Below, in pieces: positions 58,008-62,622 of a DNA stretch of 62,622 nucleotides. Within the stretch, counting starts at the first letter, position 1; each line of letters begins with the position of its first letter. Made by a program: the position numbers and the translations under genes. The DNA is from a virus (lineage: Duplodnaviria; Caudoviricetes): IMG/VR virus record IMGVR_UViG_3300043395_001957, positions 1 through 62,622 of that record; one strand, 5' to 3'. The notes under the pieces were generated by a model that did not search any database, was not told the DNA's origin, and saw nothing but the letters and a program-made list of their open reading frames with translations.

Positions 58008-58293
58008 TAGGGATTTGGTATTTCTCCACAATAATATCAATAGCTTTTTCATATAGTGTTGATTCCTTTATTCTTTTGTTCTTATATTTGTTTTCTAATC
58101 TGATTAGTTCTTTTTGTACTTGCTGATATATTCCTTTGTTTATTATCCATTGAGTCAAAATTACTACCTTTAACCCATCCGGTATTTTGGCTACATTGGA
58201 ATGATAACCATAAAGAGGCTCACTCCATTCTGCAATTCCTATTCCTACCGCAAACTCATTTGCTAATCGGTGATATGTTTCTTCCCTAATCAT
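58000..58293 (-). CDS. Hypothetical protein (unit B only)
   Basis: Occupies the slot of the GT2/methyltransferase pair in A. Confidence 0.55.
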   Translation of the reverse strand: MIREETYHRLANEFAVGIGIAEWSEPLYGYHSNVAKIPDGLKVVILTQWIINKGIYQQVQKELIRLENKYKNKRIKESTLYEKAIDIIVEKYQIPIE

Positions 58294-58762
58294 CTTCTTC
58301 CATTCCGTATCCTAGCTTTTCCCAATCTTCCCATGTCATATTGCGAGTATCAGGATAATCTTTATTTATTTTTCCTTGTATTTTATTTCCTTTATCTTTT
58401 TCTTTATGAGAATTAATCCAAGCCATTAACTCTTCGTTGTTTTCAGTCTCTTCTAAATTCTTTTTTATTTGTTCTATCCATTTATCTCTATCCTTTATCT
58501 TACTCATTATACTTCTTGTCTTATAAAACTTTTGCTGATAATATTCCCATTCTCCTAATGGATATGGCAATCTTCCCATTAGTCCTGCTCTTCTACCTTC
58601 TTTCTCCGCTTGTATTCTAGCATATTCTCTTTGTCTAGCTCTTTGACAATCTAAACATACGCTAGTTTTATGTCCTACCTTTTGTGGTATTTCTTTTATC
58701 TCTCCGCAATGTAAACATTCCAATAGTAATGTTGGATATTTCTTTGTAACCTTTTTAGTCAT
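58286..58762 (-). CDS. Zn-finger hypothetical protein
   Basis: Homolog of 25855-26271. Confidence 0.65.
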   Translation of the reverse strand: MTKKVTKKYPTLLLECLHCGEIKEIPQKVGHKTSVCLDCQRARQREYARIQAEKEGRRAGLMGRLPYPLGEWEYYQQKFYKTRSIMSKIKDRDKWIEQIKKNLEETENNEELMAWINSHKEKDKGNKIQGKINKDYPDTRNMTWEDWEKLGYGMEEDD

Positions 58763-59309
58763 TTATAAATGGGTTCTTAATAATTTGTTTTAGGTGTTGC
58801 CTAACTCTTTTTAGGTGTGTGAATACAGTGCTTTTAGATATACCAATTTTATCTGCTACTTCTTGTAGGGTATCATCGCCAGTCCAATATATCTCATATA
58901 TCATTGCGGAACTAAATCCTTTTGTTTTCTTTAATCGGTTTATCTCATCCATTACTGCTTTATGCGCTTCCATTATCTGAATATCTGCATCTACATTGTA
59001 TTCTATATCACAATCTTCCGATTGAACCATACCAATGTATTGTATCTTCTTTGCTCTTTTAGTACGATTTATCCATCTTGATTTAATGAACGAATGGCAG
59101 TACATAAGATTATAGGAATTATCGTAGTATAGTTTTGGACTACATTTTTCTGCTAAATACAGGTATAGGTCTTGAACGAGCTCCTCACTTTCTAATCTGC
59201 TTTTGCAAATATTGTATGAGACTTGCAAAAGCCACGTGTTAGATTGCCTGTATAAGTTATCTAATCTCTCATTACATTCAAATCTAACACTAGCCGTTAC
59301 TTCACTCAT
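58755..59309 (-). CDS. ECF-like sigma-70 factor
   Basis: SEELVQDLYL; TLQEVADKIGISKSTV. Confidence 0.8.
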   Translation of the reverse strand: MSEVTASVRFECNERLDNLYRQSNTWLLQVSYNICKSRLESEELVQDLYLYLAEKCSPKLYYDNSYNLMYCHSFIKSRWINRTKRAKKIQYIGMVQSEDCDIEYNVDADIQIMEAHKAVMDEINRLKKTKGFSSAMIYEIYWTGDDTLQEVADKIGISKSTVFTHLKRVRQHLKQIIKNPFIND

Positions 59310-59575
59310 ATCAATGCTTCTACTTTAGTTACAAATTCTCTTAATCCTTCTACTGCTCTTCTCCAATGTCCGGCAGCCGAGCCGCAGCTACAGGGTTGTG
59401 GTTCGGTTGTCTTTGTAACCTTCAAATAGTTAGACCATACCCAACTCATCTTATCATTAGGAATATGGGTTGTAATATCGTTTAAAACCCTTTTCACTTC
59501 ATTATACTCATCTTGCGTATATGGGTAATACGGGTTAACGTGTTCTGGTGGTATTGTAGTTATATTATTCTCCAT
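59306..59575 (-). CDS. Conserved hypothetical protein (QPCSCGS motif)
   Basis: Homolog of 26836-27099. Confidence 0.7.
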   Translation of the reverse strand: MENNITTIPPEHVNPYYPYTQDEYNEVKRVLNDITTHIPNDKMSWVWSNYLKVTKTTEPQPCSCGSAAGHWRRAVEGLREFVTKVEALI

Positions 59576-59843
59576 CTTTCAATACTTTTAGTTTAGGTAA
59601 TTTAATTTCCTTTTGCTGAGATTGCTGAGGATTTCCTATTTGAATAGGTCTACTTAAATCTAATAAGTGTTGAATATTTGAGAATTGCGGGTGTTGCGGG
59701 GAAAAACTAAACCCGACTGCTGCTAACAACATTATCAAATCCTCTACTCTTTGCATCTTTGAGAAATCTACTAAATACACCGCATCTTTTTGAATTTGTG
59801 GTACTGCGTTAGTGCCATCTAAATTTGCTTTAATTGTTTCCAT
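59565..59843 (-). CDS. Conserved hypothetical protein
   Basis: Homolog of 27099-27362. Confidence 0.7.
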   Translation of the reverse strand: METIKANLDGTNAVPQIQKDAVYLVDFSKMQRVEDLIMLLAAVGFSFSPQHPQFSNIQHLLDLSRPIQIGNPQQSQQKEIKLPKLKVLKDGE

Positions 59844-59852
59844 AATTGTTTT

Positions 59853-60065
59853 TTATAAAATTGAAATTGTTTCTGAATAATCTTTACACGTCCATTGATT
59901 CATTGTAACTCGACGTCTATCGCAGCCACAATTTGAATAACCTAACTTTCTAGCTACCCAATATGCCGCTGATTTTCCGTGGCCTAATGTAACTAATCCA
60001 ATGATGTGTTCTAATATGCTTCCTAATCTGATGAAGCATCCTACTTTGTATAATATCTTTTTCAT
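59853..60065 (-). CDS. Small CGCxxR-motif protein
   Basis: NCGCDRRR; homolog of 27380-27574. Confidence 0.65.
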   Translation of the reverse strand: MKKILYKVGCFIRLGSILEHIIGLVTLGHGKSAAYWVARKLGYSNCGCDRRRVTMNQWTCKDYSETISIL

Positions 60066-60424
60066 GCTAGTCCTAATTCTTTTAATTTTCTTAATTTTTC
60101 TTGTCTTGCTCTTCCGCCTTTTCCTGATTTACCTAACTCTGCAACCAAACCTGATGCAACATTTACTTCAGCTGCTTTCTTTCCACCTTTGTATGATTTC
60201 TCTAATGCAACTCTATAATCACGAGATGGATTCCAACCATAACCATATTTCAGATTAAGTTCCTTTTCCGTATCTGCTGCTTCATCAATATCGGTAAATG
60301 TAAGGATTTGTGTTACATCATTAATTGTGTAACCTCTTCTATTATATAGAGCTTTCAATCTCCTTTCTAAATTTGCTGTGCAACCCCATTGCTTTCTTTT
60401 GGGTATGTGATATACATAAAACAT
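60062..60424 (-). CDS. GIY-YIG-like homing endonuclease, short (insertion in unit B)
   Basis: MFYVYHIP...WGCT..RR; related to the N-terminus of 30884-31372. Confidence 0.55.
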   Translation of the reverse strand: MFYVYHIPKRKQWGCTANLERRLKALYNRRGYTINDVTQILTFTDIDEAADTEKELNLKYGYGWNPSRDYRVALEKSYKGGKKAAEVNVASGLVAELGKSGKGGRARQEKLRKLKELGLA

Positions 60425-60425
60425 A

Positions 60426-60617
60426 TTACTGATTTGCTTTAAAATGTTTTCTAATTAGATTAGTTACAAAGCGACTCATTACAAAGCCGTGGTCCTCGCA
60501 GTAAATCTTTAATTCCGCATGAAGGTCTTTGGGTAATTGAACGAATGCATATTTGGCTCTATACTTTGCCATTGCTTCGTTGTGTCTTTGTTGCCATTCT
60601 TTATCTGATTTTTTCAT
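60426..60617 (-). CDS. Ribbon-helix-helix-like regulator
   Basis: YAFVQLPKDLHAELKIYC..HGF..FV..LI. Confidence 0.65.
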   Translation of the reverse strand: MKKSDKEWQQRHNEAMAKYRAKYAFVQLPKDLHAELKIYCEDHGFVMSRFVTNLIRKHFKANQ

Positions 60618-60666
60618 AATATTCTCGTTTATATAAATATACTAAAATTTTTTTTTATTAACAAAT

Positions 60667-61242
60667 TTAATTTTCTGTGTTAAATAATTCATCAAAGCTT
60701 TGTGATATCTCTTGTTTAGTCATTTTATTAATATCTCTTGCTTTATCCATTTCCAGGACAATGTCCCTAACATTGTCCGTTGCTTTATCCTTATCAATAT
60801 CCATATCCTTATCCTTAGCCCTTACGTTACCATTATCATAGGGTATAGTAATGGTTGTATAAGGGTTATCTAACCCTTTACTAACAATTGGTAAAGTGTT
60901 ATCATTTGGTTTAATAATGCTATGGGATAGTAATAATTCTCTTGCTGATTTTACAGCAGGTGCATTATTAGTAAAGAAATTCTTATACTGAAATGTAACA
61001 AACTTTGGTATAAACCATTTGTTATTATCAGCAATGTAAATTCTTTCTTTAAGATATTCAATGATATCTTCTAAACTTCTATCAGTCCCTGTGTAGAACT
61101 TAATAGTTTTTAAACTTGGTTTATAAACACCTGCATGGTCACAAGCATCTAATAAGTACAACCATACTAATTTCATATCAGCTGGTAGTTCAGTAAACCA
61201 TTCATCATTCCATTTGTTGGAGTCTGTTAATCTTTTTGCCAT
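60667..61242 (-). CDS. Putative replication initiator (unit B only)
   Basis: MAKRLTD..KW.DEWF..L...KLVWLYLLD.CDHAG winged-helix-like N-terminus; low-complexity DKDMDIDKDK linker. Confidence 0.65.
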   Translation of the reverse strand: MAKRLTDSNKWNDEWFTELPADMKLVWLYLLDACDHAGVYKPSLKTIKFYTGTDRSLEDIIEYLKERIYIADNNKWFIPKFVTFQYKNFFTNNAPAVKSARELLLSHSIIKPNDNTLPIVSKGLDNPYTTITIPYDNGNVRAKDKDMDIDKDKATDNVRDIVLEMDKARDINKMTKQEISQSFDELFNTEN

Positions 61243-61285
61243 ATCTCTATTTGTTTAAGTGGGGAGGTTTCCCTCCCCTTTTGTT

Positions 61286-61486
61286 TTACTTTTGTTTTGA
61301 TTGTTTTTCCATTACATCTGCAATTCTTCCGATGTTCATTGCTAATGTCATTACTGCTTCTGTCATTGATACCCCAATCATTCCACATTGTTTGTTAGGT
61401 CCGTGTAGGTCTGCGTAATCTAATACATTTACTAGATTGTCAATTGCTTCAGCGATTTCGTTTGGTGTTTGGTTTTTTGTAGCCAT
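61286..61486 (-). CDS. Early hypothetical protein (unit B only)
   Basis: First gene after the promoter at 61525-61556. Confidence 0.6.
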   Translation of the reverse strand: MATKNQTPNEIAEAIDNLVNVLDYADLHGPNKQCGMIGVSMTEAVMTLAMNIGRIADVMEKQSKQK

Positions 61487-61524
61487 TGTTTTTGTTTTTT
61501 AAGTTATTGTTTTTGTTTACTATG

Positions 61525-61556
61525 TAAATATAAGAAATTAAATCCATAAAACCAAA
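61525..61556 (-). promoter_or_regulatory. Bacteroidota-type early promoter TTTG-N20-TATATTTA
   Basis: Near-consensus elements and spacing. Confidence 0.6.
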
Positions 61557-61639
61557 TTTATTTTTATTTATATTTTAATCTCTATTGTATATAAGTATCA
61601 AACCAATTTTAAAAAAGCCCATTTTTCTAAACTTTTTTT

Positions 61640-61671
61640 TTTGGAAATACGGAAATTATTTCGTAAGTTTG
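61640..61671 (+). promoter_or_regulatory. Promoter of small RNA (TTTG-N20-TAAGTTTG)
   Basis: Consensus Bacteroidota -33/-7. Confidence 0.75.
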
Positions 61672-61673
61672 TT

Positions 61674-61788
61674 AAATGAGTAGGAGCTTAAAGAATACCG
61701 ATACATTTTTTTAATCTATTGTCGGTGCTCCTCATATATCTCTATATAACCGCCCTCCTTCGTGCCATTTGGGGGGCGGTATTTTTTT
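61674..61788 (+). ncRNA. Candidate small structured RNA, copy B
   Basis: P1 AGGAGC/GCTCCT, 9 nt bulge, P2 ACCGAT/GTCGGT, terminator hairpin with GTGCCAT loop and T7. Confidence 0.65.
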
Positions 61789-61850
61789 GCTAAAAAAAAA
61801 GGATAGCTGTTATGGCTACCCTTCTTTATTTCGGTTTGGTTATTCTCTGA

Positions 61851-61979
61851 TTAACGGCCTTGGCCTCTATATTTTTTCGGTTTTTGGTCCTTTGGACCGT
61901 AGGCTTTTCTGGCCTTACCAGTTACCTTTTTACCAAACGATATCTTTTGTATGCTGCTAGAGCCCTTTACCTTTGGCAT
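61851..61979 (-). CDS. 42 aa highly basic protein
   Basis: MPKVKGSSSIQKISFGKKVTGKARKAYGPKDQKPKKYRGQGR. Confidence 0.75.
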   Translation of the reverse strand: MPKVKGSSSIQKISFGKKVTGKARKAYGPKDQKPKKYRGQGR

Positions 61980-62235
61980 CAGTTAAATATTGAACTTGTG
62001 TTTGTAGTTTAGCTACTTCAGCAGTTAAGTGAAGTATAGTTGCACGCATTTCATCTTTCTCTTTACTACTCTGCTCTAATAGAGCTTCTAACTTCATTAT
62101 ACGAGTCTGGCAATCGTGTCTGATAAATCTCTCATCATCCTCTCTATGTTGTGCACGCTTCTCATAGAATCTCCATGCAGCAGCACCACCTAAAGTTGTT
62201 ATTGCCGTTATTAATACTGAATAAAAGTTTTCCAT
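61957..62235 (-). CDS. Membrane-anchored coiled-coil protein (holin-like candidate)
   Basis: Homolog of 30549-30827. Confidence 0.55.
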   Translation of the reverse strand: MENFYSVLITAITTLGGAAAWRFYEKRAQHREDDERFIRHDCQTRIMKLEALLEQSSKEKDEMRATILHLTAEVAKLQTQVQYLTDAKGKGL

Positions 62236-62239
62236 TATC

Positions 62240-62539
62240 TTATTCCTTTATAGGTACACAATTGGGAACTTCTCTACCATCTAAAATCTTTGTACCTATG
62301 GCTTCATATCCTTCCCAACAGGCATCCTCTAATCCTTCTAATAAGTTTATACCTTTCCAAGCATCTTGTCTTAATTTAGATGCTACTTTACCTTGAGTAC
62401 TCATATTGGTATCTTTTCTCCAATAGGAGTAACAGATAGCAGCTGCTTGCTCTTGTTCGTATCCACCTGATACTTCTTCTCCTATACAACGGCTTATGAA
62501 CTCTTGTTCAGTTTCGCCTGCTCTTACATTTACTGGCAT
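62240..62539 (-). CDS. Head-region accessory protein
   Basis: Homolog of 31362-31694; CWEGYEAIGTK..VPNCVP. Confidence 0.7.
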   Translation of the reverse strand: MPVNVRAGETEQEFISRCIGEEVSGGYEQEQAAAICYSYWRKDTNMSTQGKVASKLRQDAWKGINLLEGLEDACWEGYEAIGTKILDGREVPNCVPIKE

Positions 62540-62622
62540 TAGTTATCTACTTTATATGTTTTATTATTAAAACGAACTTTATATACTGTATTAAAGTCCA
62601 ATGTTCTCCAATCTCCATCTAA
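62506..62622. repeat. 117 bp terminal direct repeat, end copy
   Basis: Identical to 1-117. Confidence 0.97.

Larger units (their letters stand above)
31661..62505. mobile_element. Phage genome unit B (diverged colinear relative of A, ~30.8 kb)
   Basis: Second complete gene set in the same order; bounded by the identical block at 31661 and 62506. Confidence 0.9.

Noticed and set aside
61769-61960. 63 aa + strand ORF
   Set aside because: Overlaps the small-RNA terminator and is antisense to the conserved 42 aa basic protein
62506-62622. Biological terminal repeat of the virion DNA
   Set aside because: Falls mid-gene and also occurs internally; typical circular-assembly overlap
1-62622. Stop-codon reassignment, tRNA genes or a prophage integration module
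   Set aside because: Genes are full length and tightly packed in the standard code; no tRNA cloverleaf, integrase or host flanks recognised

Overview
The window is a circular contig: bases 1-117 repeat exactly at 62506-62622. It holds two complete, colinear but diverged ~31 kb siphovirus-type genomes head-to-tail, unit A (1-31660) and unit B (31661-62505), joined through the same identical block that forms the contig ends. This is either an assembly chimera of two co-occurring relatives or a real heterodimer. TTTG-N20-TAnnTTTG promoters and the structural gene families point to a Bacteroidota host. Each unit encodes TerS/TerL, portal, scaffold, major capsid, an XkdF-like protease, neck and tail proteins, a tail chaperone with a -1 frameshift site, a tape measure protein and an ECF-like sigma factor with a matching late-promoter motif. 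I see no DNA polymerase, integrase or endolysin. Most novel candidates: (1) a phage-encoded protein O-glycosylation system, with a glycosyltransferase carrying HPAT/SERGT1-like motifs and a lectin-GT fusion next to mucin-like poly-Thr/Cys-rich virion proteins, plus [S/T]-x-S motif saturation of structural proteins; (2) a ~115 nt promoter-to-terminator small RNA whose stems covary between the two units; (3) a structured non-coding transcript in unit A at the position where unit B has a replication initiator. Family assignments come from motif recognition by eye, not database searches.
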